DNA of 64,000 nt from Gemmatimonas sp. (GTDB lineage Bacteria > Gemmatimonadota > Gemmatimonadetes > Gemmatimonadales > Gemmatimonadaceae). The position numbers and the translations under genes are program-made. Shown one piece after another: positions 1 to 8,866 of the stretch (the first letter of the stretch is position 1; every line of letters starts with the position of its first letter). The notes beneath the pieces were generated by a model. It saw only the letters and a program-made list of their open reading frames with translations, ran no database searches and had not been told where the DNA came from. The stretch lies in the NCBI GenBank assembly GCA_965279375.1, contig OZ257156.1, forward strand, positions 1,088,001 to 1,152,000, in the 5' to 3' direction.

Positions 1-66
1 AGGATATGCTGGTCGCCGATATCGGCCTGTGCAGCACATTCTTCCTTTTGCAATCCGAGATCTCCA

Positions 67-1110
67 ATGCCTCCCACGTCTCTTGTACGTGCGCGCGCCA
101 TCGTTGCCGCTTTCGCATCGATCGCACTCGTTGCAGTCGCGCCAACAACTGCATCGGCGCAGTTCAGCAATCTCTTCTTCTTTGGCGACAGCTTCAGCGA
201 CAATGGCAACGCCACCGGACTCTCGCTGCTTGCCGGTCTGCCGTCGCCAACGCCGCCACCGTACGCACCGGGACGTTTCTCCAACGACTCCGTCTGGACG
301 CAGCTCTTTGCCAAGAAGCTTGGCGCGCCCGCTGCGGCAGGTCCCGCGTGGCTGGGGCTCGGCAACAACTATGCGGTAGGTGCTGCGACGACCGGCTTCC
401 TCGGCGGCTTTGGCTCACCGACCGGCATGAAGTCGCAAGCGGCGCAGTTTGCACAGGACTACACACCGAATCCCACGCCGAACAACGCGCTGTACGTGCT
501 GTGGGGCGGTGGTAACGACATCATTCAGGCGGTCCAGGGCGGACTCTCGCCATCCGCGCAGTTGGGCGTCGCACAGGACGCCGCGCAGAACATCGTCACC
601 ATCGCGCAGGGACTCTACCAGTTCTACGGCGCGCGTAACTTCCTCATTCCGTATCTGCCGAATGCAGGCGTCGGTCCTTTGTTCGCCAGCAAGCCAGCCG
701 ACGCACTCGCCGCAACAAGTCTCACCACGACCTTCAACGCGTTGCTCGCGGCCGGCGTGCAGTCACTCGGCGCCACGCCCGGCGTCAACGCATACGGCTT
801 GAGCCTCAACAATCTGCTGACGAACGTGCAGATCGACGCGGCGCAGGGTGGACAGCGGTATGGCATCGTCAACACCACAGTACCCTGCTTTCTCCTTCCG
901 CCTGGCCAGCCGCTCGACTGCAGCAATTCACTCTTCGCGGACGATCGCCATCCCACGGAAACGATGCATCGCCTGATCGCCGACGCTGCCTACGATCGCG
1001 TCGTCAACGGTCGCGACGTGTCGGTCGTTCCGGAGCCTGCGACGGTGCTGTTGGTGGGGACGGGGCTGCTGTTTGCTGGGGTGGTCGCGCGTCGCCGTAG
1101 GAGCGCCTGA
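67..1110 (+). CDS. SGNH/GDSL hydrolase with PEP-CTERM sorting signal
   Basis: Signal peptide; FFGDSFSD (block I), NYAVG, WGGGND (block III), DDRHP (block V); C-terminal VPEP + hydrophobic helix + RRRR. Confidence 0.92.
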   Translation: MPPTSLVRARAIVAAFASIALVAVAPTTASAQFSNLFFFGDSFSDNGNATGLSLLAGLPSPTPPPYAPGRFSNDSVWTQLFAKKLGAPAAAGPAWLGLGNNYAVGAATTGFLGGFGSPTGMKSQAAQFAQDYTPNPTPNNALYVLWGGGNDIIQAVQGGLSPSAQLGVAQDAAQNIVTIAQGLYQFYGARNFLIPYLPNAGVGPLFASKPADALAATSLTTTFNALLAAGVQSLGATPGVNAYGLSLNNLLTNVQIDAAQGGQRYGIVNTTVPCFLLPPGQPLDCSNSLFADDRHPTETMHRLIADAAYDRVVNGRDVSVVPEPATVLLVGTGLLFAGVVARRRRSA

Positions 1111-1151
1111 GCAGCTCGTCGGGGTGTGCGAACGCACGTGCGACCATCGGG

Positions 1152-1721
1152 CTACGCACACCCCTCGGCCAGCTCCACCGCATCCCGTCTTCCCACACGA
1201 AATCGTGTGACGCGCTTGCCATCGGTCTCGAATAGCACGCGCATCTTCGGATTGGTCGGTGAAGTCACGATGAGATAGTGCCCCGCGGGGCCGTCATACG
1301 GATGCGCGGTCACTTTCACCCGCCCCTTGTAGCGACCGAGCACCTCCGTCTCGCTCGCGCCAACGCCAACTCCTTCGGCGGTCTTCACGTCCTTCGTGTC
1401 GATGTCGGCGCGCACGATCGTGTCACCCTCCACCATGAACGACACACCCTCGGGTGCCGTGGAGAGGTAGCTCTGCCCGCACGATTCATCGGGCTCGATG
1501 CGCTCGGTGCGTGCGGTCGCCTTGAGCAAGCGCGCGGTGGCGCCTACACGCATACCGATGCGCACGGGCCCCACGCCGTCAGGTCGTGCGATCCACAGCG
1601 ACGCACTCGATGTCGCTTCCGTTTCGGTGGGCGCGGGTGATTGAATCGGCAGCTGCACGAATGCGCTGACGCACGCCATCACCGACAGCGTGCGCCAACG
1701 ACCTCGAACGACTATCGCCAT
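1152..1721 (-). CDS. Conserved hypothetical exported protein
   Basis: 189-aa ORF with hydrophobic N-terminus; two related GxGPVRIG / GVGVG half-repeats; ends EGCA. Confidence 0.7.
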   Translation of the reverse strand: MAIVVRGRWRTLSVMACVSAFVQLPIQSPAPTETEATSSASLWIARPDGVGPVRIGMRVGATARLLKATARTERIEPDESCGQSYLSTAPEGVSFMVEGDTIVRADIDTKDVKTAEGVGVGASETEVLGRYKGRVKVTAHPYDGPAGHYLIVTSPTNPKMRVLFETDGKRVTRFRVGRRDAVELAEGCA

Positions 1722-1739
1722 GCATGCTCCAACGAATGG

Positions 1740-2609
1740 TTAGGCAGCCACCGCCACCGTCAGCGCCGCCGTGTAGCCGGCCGTCACCGATCCCGACATC
1801 GTTGCCAGCTCGAGTGCAGAACCGTCGCTGAACACGTTGTCGGTCGCGAGCGATACACCCGCGAGGTTGCGAATACTGTTCTCGTAGCCCGTGGTCGCAT
1901 ACACCAGATCGCACGCGGCCTTCGGCAACGCAATCTGCGACGTCGCCACCTTGTTGGCCACATTCGTTGCTGCCGCGAGGCTCTGGAACACTTCGAAGTG
2001 GATGTGCGGCCAACGACCCGAGTAGCACGCCGGGAAGATCGATGTGAACGAGACCTTGCCGTTCGCGTCGGTTGCTGCCACGCCACGCAGATAGTTCTGA
2101 TTCGTCGCACCCGCTGAGTAGAGCGAGTACAGCCCCGCGCGATCGCAGTGCCAGATGTACACCGCACGATTGGCGAGCACCGCGCACGTCGATGAGTTCA
2201 CCAGCGTCAGCTCGATCGTGAGTGGAATGCCCGCCGCCGTTCCGCTCAAGCCGGCAAAGCTGGTGCGGATGTCATTGCGCACCACGCCCGTCTGATTGAG
2301 CACGTTCGCACCGTTCGAGCCATCGCCCGGATACGGTCCAGCCGTCTCCTCGGGGATCTTGCTGCACGTCGCGCTGCCGGGACTCGTTCCTGTGTCGGTC
2401 GTATCGCCTGTCGAGCCCGTGATCGAGTCGGAGCCGCTGCTGCATCCGAGTAGCTGCAGCGCACCAAATCCAAAGCCAACACCGGCCGCCGCGCGCAGCA
2501 TCATGCGACGGTCTACAACGCGACCGGTCGAAATGAGATCGCGGTGAAGACCACCGAAGTCGTCGTGGTCATCATCGTGATGTGCGTCGTGATGCGAGCG
2601 GTTGGACAT
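1740..2609 (-). CDS. Intradiol ring-cleavage dioxygenase-like protein, probable Tat lipoprotein
   Basis: RRMML...LLGC signal; ETAGPYP, IWHCD, LYS, CYSGRWPHIHF iron-site motifs; GAGGAG RBS upstream. Confidence 0.88.
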   Translation of the reverse strand: MSNRSHHDAHHDDDHDDFGGLHRDLISTGRVVDRRMMLRAAAGVGFGFGALQLLGCSSGSDSITGSTGDTTDTGTSPGSATCSKIPEETAGPYPGDGSNGANVLNQTGVVRNDIRTSFAGLSGTAAGIPLTIELTLVNSSTCAVLANRAVYIWHCDRAGLYSLYSAGATNQNYLRGVAATDANGKVSFTSIFPACYSGRWPHIHFEVFQSLAAATNVANKVATSQIALPKAACDLVYATTGYENSIRNLAGVSLATDNVFSDGSALELATMSGSVTAGYTAALTVAVAA

Positions 2610-2785
2610 GCGGACCTCTCCTCGGGAATCAATCGGTAAGGAACATGTCGCACCTCACGATGCGGCAGTCTTCAATACCAAGAACCCGCCCGTCCCAAAC
2701 CACCCTACGTCTTGATGACCGATCATACACGTATGGCAACGGCACTCACGACTCGACAGACTTTGGAGAGCTGCGTGAGATCGCA

Positions 2786-2922
2786 AACTGCAGGGGAACT
2801 GCCGATAACAGGGATAAGGAACGACGGAAAACGCGGATACCACAACAGCAAATGATTGCTGTTCGCAGTATCCGCGTTTTCTGTTGCAGGTAATCCCTGT
2901 TATCGGCAGTTCCAATGCAGTT
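2786..2922. repeat. Long imperfect inverted repeat (~137 nt hairpin), REP/MITE-like
   Basis: Nested arms AACTGCA/TGCAGTT, GGAACTGCCGATAACAGGGAT/ATCCCTGTTATCGGCAGTTCC, GAAAACGCGGATAC/GTATCCGCGTTTTC, AACAGCAA/TTGCTGTT around ATGA loop. Confidence 0.9.
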
Positions 2923-2960
2923 GCAGTTAACGCCCTCGCAACCACATCAATCCCCGCCAA

Positions 2961-2995
2961 GCACTCAGCGATGTCAGCACAACACCGCTGAGTGC
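2961..2995 (-). terminator. Stem-loop immediately downstream of ahcY
   Basis: GCACTCAGCG ... CGCTGAGTGC 10-bp stem about 10 nt past the stop; weak U-tract. Confidence 0.5.
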
Positions 2996-3004
2996 CGCCG
3001 AGCA

Positions 3005-4495
3005 CTAGTACCGGTAGTGATCCGGCTTGAACGGTCCCATCGCATTCACGCCGAGGTACGACGCCTGCTCGGTGTTCAACACGGTAAGCTTCACGCCGAG
3101 CTTGTCGAGGTGCAAACGCGCCACCTTCTCGTCGAGATGCTTGGGCAGCGTGAACACCTTCTTGCCGTACTTCTCCGCGTTCGCGTGCAGCTCGAGCTGC
3201 GCCAACACCTGATTGGTGAAGCTCGCGCTCATCACGAAGCTCGGGTGACCCGTCGCGCAGCCGAGGTTCATCAGGCGGCCTTCGGCCAGAATGAGAATCG
3301 AGCGGCCGTTCGGCAGCACAAACTCGTCATACTGCGGCTTGATGTTGATGCGCTTCATGCCTTCGACCTTCTTGAGACCGGCCATGTCGATCTCGTTGTC
3401 GAAGTGGCCGATGTTCGCCACGATCGCCTTGTCCTTCATGCGGCTCATGTGCTCGACGGTGATGACGTTCTTGTTGCCCGTCGCCGAGATGAAGATGTCC
3501 GCCGTATCGACGATGTCTTCGAGCGTCGTCACCTGATAGCCTTCGAGTGCGGCCTGTAGCGCGCAGATCGGATCGATTTCGGTGATGACCACGCGCGCGC
3601 CCTGACCCTTGAGCGCCTGCGCGCAACCCTTGCCCACGTCGCCGTAGCCCATCACCACCGCGATCTTGCCGGCGAGCATCACGTCCGTCGCGCGGTTGAG
3701 ACCATCGATGATGCTGTGACGGCAGCCGTACAAGTTGTCGAACTTCGACTTCGTCACGGCGTCGTTCACGTTGATCGCCGGGAACGCCAACGTGCCCGCG
3801 CGCTCCATCTCATAGAGGCGATGCACACCCGTCGTCGTCTCTTCCGACACACCGCGAATGCCCGCGAGCACCTTCGTCCAGCGGCCTGGGTTCTTCGCCT
3901 GCTCCGCGCGCAGCAGATCGAGAATCACGCCCCACTCTTCCGGCTCGTTGTCCGCGTCGAACGACGGAATCGCGCCGCTCTTCTCGTACTCCGCGCCACG
4001 ATGCACCAGCAACGTCGCGTCGCCACCGTCATCCAGCAGCAGATTCGGTCCGCCGCCGTCCGACCACATCAGCGCCTGCTCCGTGCACCACCAGTATTCC
4101 TCGAGCGTCTCGCCCTTCCACGCAAACACCGGCGTGCCCTTCGGCGCGTCAGGCGTTCCCGTCGGTCCAACGGCCACCGCGGCCGCCGCATGATCCTGCG
4201 TGCTGAAGATGTTGCACGACACCCAGCGCACATCGGCGCCGAGCGACACGAGCGTCTCGATGAGCACTGCCGTCTGCACCGTCATGTGCAATGAGCCCAT
4301 GATGCGCGCGCCCTTGAGCGGATGCTTGCCCGCGTACTCCGCGCGCAGCGCCATCAGCCCCGGCATCTCGAACTCAGCGAGACGAATCTCCTTGCGGCCC
4401 CACTCGGCCAGCGAAAGATCCTTTACTGCGAACGCCGGACGATCCAGCGCGGTGAGCGCGAACACGCCGTTCTCTGTCATCACTGCTGTTGCCAT
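3005..4495 (-). CDS. ahcY: S-adenosyl-L-homocysteine hydrolase
   Basis: [60 protein letters not shown], ends HYRY. Confidence 0.98.
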   Translation of the reverse strand: MATAVMTENGVFALTALDRPAFAVKDLSLAEWGRKEIRLAEFEMPGLMALRAEYAGKHPLKGARIMGSLHMTVQTAVLIETLVSLGADVRWVSCNIFSTQDHAAAAVAVGPTGTPDAPKGTPVFAWKGETLEEYWWCTEQALMWSDGGGPNLLLDDGGDATLLVHRGAEYEKSGAIPSFDADNEPEEWGVILDLLRAEQAKNPGRWTKVLAGIRGVSEETTTGVHRLYEMERAGTLAFPAINVNDAVTKSKFDNLYGCRHSIIDGLNRATDVMLAGKIAVVMGYGDVGKGCAQALKGQGARVVITEIDPICALQAALEGYQVTTLEDIVDTADIFISATGNKNVITVEHMSRMKDKAIVANIGHFDNEIDMAGLKKVEGMKRINIKPQYDEFVLPNGRSILILAEGRLMNLGCATGHPSFVMSASFTNQVLAQLELHANAEKYGKKVFTLPKHLDEKVARLHLDKLGVKLTVLNTEQASYLGVNAMGPFKPDHYRY

Positions 4496-4517
4496 TGTGT
4501 GCTGTCCTCAAAAGGGG

Positions 4518-5501
4518 CTATCGGGAGATGTGCAAACGAACGGCCGCTGACGCATCGACAGCACGCGCCGTGGCGGTAAACAGCGCTGGTCCGGTGGCCT
4601 CTGTGTCCACCGGCAGCGGTACGTAGCGCACACCGGCAAAGCCGGCGGCGTCCAGCCACGTCGTGATGGCATCGGCGTCGAAGCCGAGCCAGACGTGTCC
4701 CATCTGTTGGCGATACTCCTCGTGCGCATGCGCGCGCATGTCCGCAATCAGCAGACGACCGTTAGGCCGCAACACACGACGCACTTCCGCCAGCGCACGC
4801 GCCGGCTCGGCCACGTGATGGAGGACGAGCAACAGCACCGCCACGTCAAGCGAGGCGTCGGGAAGCGGTAGCGCTTCCAGCACGCCCTCCGACAACGTGA
4901 CATTCTCGACACCCAGCAATCGCGAGCGCGCCGCCGAAAGCATCGCCGGCGAGCCATCGATGGCGTGGACATGCGCCACATGTGGAGCCAACGCCGCCGT
5001 CAGCGTTCCGGTGCCGCACCCGAGATCGCCGATCACCAACGAGTCGTCGAGCAGCGCGAGTGCTGCCGTCAGGTCCGCTCGCGCGCCGAACATCGTCGTG
5101 CGCAGCGCATCCCACTCGGCGCTCGCCGTGGCAAAGAACTCCTCGCTCCGCGACCGGCGCGCCGTGAGGACCGCATCCACCCGCGCGACATCCTGCGCCG
5201 CCGCCGGCGTCGCTGCCATCGGCGAACGCACCAGCGCCCACAGCGCGCGCGCCTCCTCGTCCAACGTCGGCGAGCAGCGATACCACCGGCTGGCCCCTTC
5301 GGCCCGCGAGGTCACCCACCCCTCGTCGGCCAGGATGCGCAGATGCCGACTGATCGTGCTCTGCGGCAACTGCAAGGCCGCACACAGCTCGCCCACTGTC
5401 AGCTCCTGGCGCTCGAGGACGAGCAGGAGCCGACAGCGAGTGGTGTCCGCCAGCTCGTTGAGCCGGTCGTGGATGGCGTGTCGAGGAGAAGTCAGCGTCA
5501 G
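4518..5501 (-). CDS. sahR: ArsR-HTH + SAM-methyltransferase-fold regulator (SahR family); start codon uncertain
   Basis: ELTVGELC..LQLPQSTISRHL HTH; DLGCGTG SAM-binding motif; directly upstream of ahcY. No in-frame ATG near the domain start; CTG at 5501 assumed. Confidence 0.85.
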   Translation of the reverse strand: MTLTSPRHAIHDRLNELADTTRCRLLLVLERQELTVGELCAALQLPQSTISRHLRILADEGWVTSRAEGASRWYRCSPTLDEEARALWALVRSPMAATPAAAQDVARVDAVLTARRSRSEEFFATASAEWDALRTTMFGARADLTAALALLDDSLVIGDLGCGTGTLTAALAPHVAHVHAIDGSPAMLSAARSRLLGVENVTLSEGVLEALPLPDASLDVAVLLLVLHHVAEPARALAEVRRVLRPNGRLLIADMRAHAHEEYRQQMGHVWLGFDADAITTWLDAAGFAGVRYVPLPVDTEATGPALFTATARAVDASAAVRLHISR

Positions 5502-5512
5502 ATCCGAAGAGT

Positions 5513-5536
5513 ATCCGTTTATCCGGATTAATGGAT
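5513..5536. promoter_or_regulatory. Two overlapping ATCC-N8-GGAT palindromes, candidate SahR operator
   Basis: ATCCGTTTATCCGGAT (5513-5528) and ATCCGGATTAATGGAT (5521-5536) in an AT-rich patch just upstream of sahR. Confidence 0.65.
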
Positions 5537-5692
5537 AATCGACTGTTCGGACGAGTTCAACTCCCGCACGAGGTGCGATTTGGGCGGCCCGAGGGCCACC
5601 CGCCGCCACCGACGTCGCGCCCTAACTCCGCACCTTCGTGTCGGACAGGCCCCGACGCACGGCCTCGTCATTGCAGCTATGGTAGCGATACC

Positions 5693-7012
5693 ATGCTGAA
5701 TCTCCCCTTCGCTCTCGATCTGATCGTCGCCGCCCTCGTTGGGCTGGCGCTGGGGATCGAACGCGAATGGACCGGGCACACCGACGGACCCGACGCCCGA
5801 TTCGCGGGCATCCGGACCTTCGCCATGCTGGGCGTGCTCGGCGGGTTCGCCGGCTGGTTCTACCGCGAGGGGGCGACGGGCATCGCGGTCGGCATGCTCG
5901 CGGCCACCATGCTCTTCCCCATCGCGGCGTACGCCTCCGCGATGCGGCGCCCCGGCACCACCACCGATGGCACCACCGAGGTGGCCGCGCTCATCGTGGC
6001 GGCCCTTGGCTTCACTGCCGGCTTCGGCCAGCGCACCGTGGCCAGCGCGGTGGCGGTCGTTGTCATCGTGCTCCTCGCCGAAAAGTCGGCGCTGCAACGG
6101 GCGCTCAAGCGGGCCGACGAGGTGGAGCTCAAGGCCGCAGTGCAGTTCGCGGTGCTCGCGCTGATTGTCCTGCCGCTGCTCCCTGACGGCGCCTACGGCC
6201 CCTACGACGCCATCCGACCGCGCGCGCTGTGGACCGTGGTGCTGCTCTTCTCCGCGCTCAACTTCGGCGGCTACCTGGCGAGACGCATCATCGGCGAAAC
6301 GCGCGGGCTGGCGTTTACCGGGTTGCTGGGCGGACTCGTCTCCTCCACAGCGGTCACCCTCAACTTCAGCCGCCGCAGTCGTACCAACGCCGAGCTATCC
6401 GCGCCGCTCGCGCTGGGCGTCATCGCCGCCTGCACCGTGCTCCTGCCGCGGATCGCACTGGTTTGCACGGTCCTCCGCCCTGACCTCGGAGCGGCTGTCC
6501 TGCCGGTACTGGCGATGCCATTCGCCGTGGGCGTCGCAATCATCGCGCAGGCGCTCTGGCGAGCGCGACACGCCGCGGCACAGACGGCGACAGATCACTC
6601 GCAAGCGGAAAGCGCCGACCCGCTCAGCCCGGCCGACGCGTCGCCGCGCGCAAAGACCAACCCACTGGGGCTGGCATCGGCACTGCAGATGGCACTGGCC
6701 TTTCAGCTGGTTCTGTTCGTGATTGCCTTCATGCAGGAACGCATTGGAAATGCCGGCGTACTCGCGACCGCCTCGTTGCTCGGCCTCACCGATATGGATG
6801 CGCTCACCGTCTCTATGACACGCCTTGCGGCGGATCCGGCGCAAACCGATCTCGCTGCGCGCGCCATCGGGATCGGAGTGCTCTCCAACACCGCACTCAA
6901 GGCGGGCTTGGCGCTCTCGATCGGCGCCAGCGCCTTTCGCGCACGCGTCGCCGCGGGACTCGGACTGCTCGCACTGGCGAGCGGCATCGGTCTCTGGCTG
7001 GTGTGGTCATGA
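5693..7012 (+). CDS. MgtC/SapB family membrane protein with DUF4010
   Basis: GLALGIERE, AGIRTF, GTTEVAA, GGLVSSTAVT, GLTDMDA motifs; many TM helices. Confidence 0.9.
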   Translation: MLNLPFALDLIVAALVGLALGIEREWTGHTDGPDARFAGIRTFAMLGVLGGFAGWFYREGATGIAVGMLAATMLFPIAAYASAMRRPGTTTDGTTEVAALIVAALGFTAGFGQRTVASAVAVVVIVLLAEKSALQRALKRADEVELKAAVQFAVLALIVLPLLPDGAYGPYDAIRPRALWTVVLLFSALNFGGYLARRIIGETRGLAFTGLLGGLVSSTAVTLNFSRRSRTNAELSAPLALGVIAACTVLLPRIALVCTVLRPDLGAAVLPVLAMPFAVGVAIIAQALWRARHAAAQTATDHSQAESADPLSPADASPRAKTNPLGLASALQMALAFQLVLFVIAFMQERIGNAGVLATASLLGLTDMDALTVSMTRLAADPAQTDLAARAIGIGVLSNTALKAGLALSIGASAFRARVAAGLGLLALASGIGLWLVWS

Positions 7013-7836
7013 CAGTTCCAGTCACGAGCAGTGCGCCATCATCACGCAGCGTCGCGATCGTATCCGCGATCGGCCGCGCCGTGCGCGAGTCGATCACCAG
7101 CATTGGCACGGGATCGCGCTTCATCCTCGATGTGCTGCGCGCCTCGCGCGACACAGCCAGCTGGATGCCGCAGTTCACGTTGCATGCGCGCACCCTCGGC
7201 GTGGGCTCGCTCCCCATCGGCATCTTCATCGCGATCTTCACCGGCATCGTGCTGGCGTTGCTGGCCAGCTACTCCGTGGGCGACATCGTGCCGCCGTATT
7301 TCGTCGGCACGCTGGTGCAAAAGACGGTCACGCTCGAACTCGCGCCGGTGCTCACCGGACTCGCACTCGCTGGTCGTGTCGGTGCCAACATCGCCGCGGA
7401 GCTGGGCACGATGCGGGTGACGGAGCAGATCGATGCGTTGGAGACGCTCACCTTCGATCCGATGAGCTACCTCGTCGTGCCGCGTGTGTTGGCATCGGCA
7501 CTGATGTTTCCGATGGTCGTGGGCGTGGCGATGCTGGTTGGTGTGACGTCGGGATGGCTCGCGGCGATCGGGTTGCTCGATGTGACGACGCCGCAGTTTC
7601 TCAAGGGCGTGCGCATCTTCTTCGTGGACTTCGACGTGCGCTATGGACTGGTGAAGGCGGCGAGCTTCGGTGCAGCGGTAGCGCTGATTGGTTGCCGCGC
7701 CGGCCTCACCACCGAAGGCGGTGCGCAGGGCGTGGGACGCAATGCCACGCGCGCGGTCGTGATTTCCGCCGTGATGATTCTCGTACTCGACGCCTTCTGG
7801 GCCGTGGTCTGGCTCACCGGCCGTACTCTTCGCTAG
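7009..7836 (+). CDS. mlaE: MlaE/YrbE family ABC permease
   Basis: ELAPVLTGLALAGRVGANIAAELGTMRVTEQIDAL signature; ATGA overlap with upstream stop. Confidence 0.93.
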   Translation: MTVPVTSSAPSSRSVAIVSAIGRAVRESITSIGTGSRFILDVLRASRDTASWMPQFTLHARTLGVGSLPIGIFIAIFTGIVLALLASYSVGDIVPPYFVGTLVQKTVTLELAPVLTGLALAGRVGANIAAELGTMRVTEQIDALETLTFDPMSYLVVPRVLASALMFPMVVGVAMLVGVTSGWLAAIGLLDVTTPQFLKGVRIFFVDFDVRYGLVKAASFGAAVALIGCRAGLTTEGGAQGVGRNATRAVVISAVMILVLDAFWAVVWLTGRTLR

Positions 7837-7845
7837 CCTTCACAC

Positions 7846-8859
7846 ATGACCACCGAACGACGCACGAATGATTTTCTCGTCGGTGCCACCGTGATCATCG
7901 TGACGGTGGTGCTGATCGTCGCCGTGCTCTGGGTGCAGCAGGCCGATCTGCGCGGCAAGACGCGGCACGTAGTCGTGCGCACGCGCGATGTGGGCGGCGT
8001 GTCGCTGGGCAATCCGGTCGTGATCCGTGGCGTGCGATCTGGTCAGGTGGAAGGCATCGCGCTCGGCGAGCGCGGCTGGGTCGTGCTCAAGCTTGGCATC
8101 GATCGTGGCGTGACGATGCCCACTGATCCGGTGGTGTTGCTGGTAGCCGCGAGTCTGTTCGGCGAGTGGCAGGTGAACGTCGCCGATGCGACCGGTGTGC
8201 CGCCCGATCGCGAGTTGCGCGCCGCGCTGGCCGAAGCGCACACGAGCGGTGATACGTTGGCCGGCGCCGTGCTACCGGATATTGCGCAGCTCACCTCCGT
8301 TGCGGGACGTATCGCTGGTGATGTCGCGCAGGTGTCCAATCGCGTGCAGGTGGCATTCGACGACAAGGCGGCCAAGGAGCTGCGCGAATCCATCCGCAAC
8401 TTCGCGCAACTCTCCGCCGAACTGGCGCGCACCGTGCAAGCGCAATCGAAAAATCTCGATCGCATCAGCACGGACGTGCAGCAAGGACTGACATCGGTCA
8501 ACGCCGCCGCGGCCAACCTCAGTCAGTTCTCGAGCCGAGTCGACTCGGCGACAAGCCGCGGCGAGTTGCAGCAAATCGTCGCCAACTCGCAGAGTGCCGC
8601 GCGCGAGTTGATGCAGGCGACTGCATCGCTGCGCAAACTTTCTGACGACGTCGCGGGCACGCAGGCGCGCTTGTCCTCCGCCGTGTCGCGCGCCGATTCC
8701 GTCTTCTCCAAGCTCAACAGCGGCCAGGGCACGCTCGGCCGCATGGTCAACGACCCGCATCTGTATCAGAGCAGCGACTCGCTGGTGTCCGAACTGCGTG
8801 CCCTGGTTGCCGACGTGAAGAAGAACCCGCGGCGCTACATCAACGTGCGCGTGTTCTGA
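7846..8859 (+). CDS. mlaD: MlaD/MCE family protein with long helical extension
   Basis: N-terminal TM; GGVSLGNPVVIRGV..G.V MCE motif; C-terminal GTLG..ND..LY...KKNPRRY. Confidence 0.9.
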   Translation: MTTERRTNDFLVGATVIIVTVVLIVAVLWVQQADLRGKTRHVVVRTRDVGGVSLGNPVVIRGVRSGQVEGIALGERGWVVLKLGIDRGVTMPTDPVVLLVAASLFGEWQVNVADATGVPPDRELRAALAEAHTSGDTLAGAVLPDIAQLTSVAGRIAGDVAQVSNRVQVAFDDKAAKELRESIRNFAQLSAELARTVQAQSKNLDRISTDVQQGLTSVNAAAANLSQFSSRVDSATSRGELQQIVANSQSAARELMQATASLRKLSDDVAGTQARLSSAVSRADSVFSKLNSGQGTLGRMVNDPHLYQSSDSLVSELRALVADVKKNPRRYINVRVF

Positions 8860-8866
8860 GCCCGCT

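Noticed and set aside
15..26. GCCGATATCGGC as a sigma28 -10 box for the PEP-CTERM gene
   Set aside because: The -35 position falls outside the window, so it cannot be evaluated
2803..2818. I-SceI-like site GATAACAGGG
   Set aside because: Only a 10-nt core matches; no intron or homing endonuclease nearby
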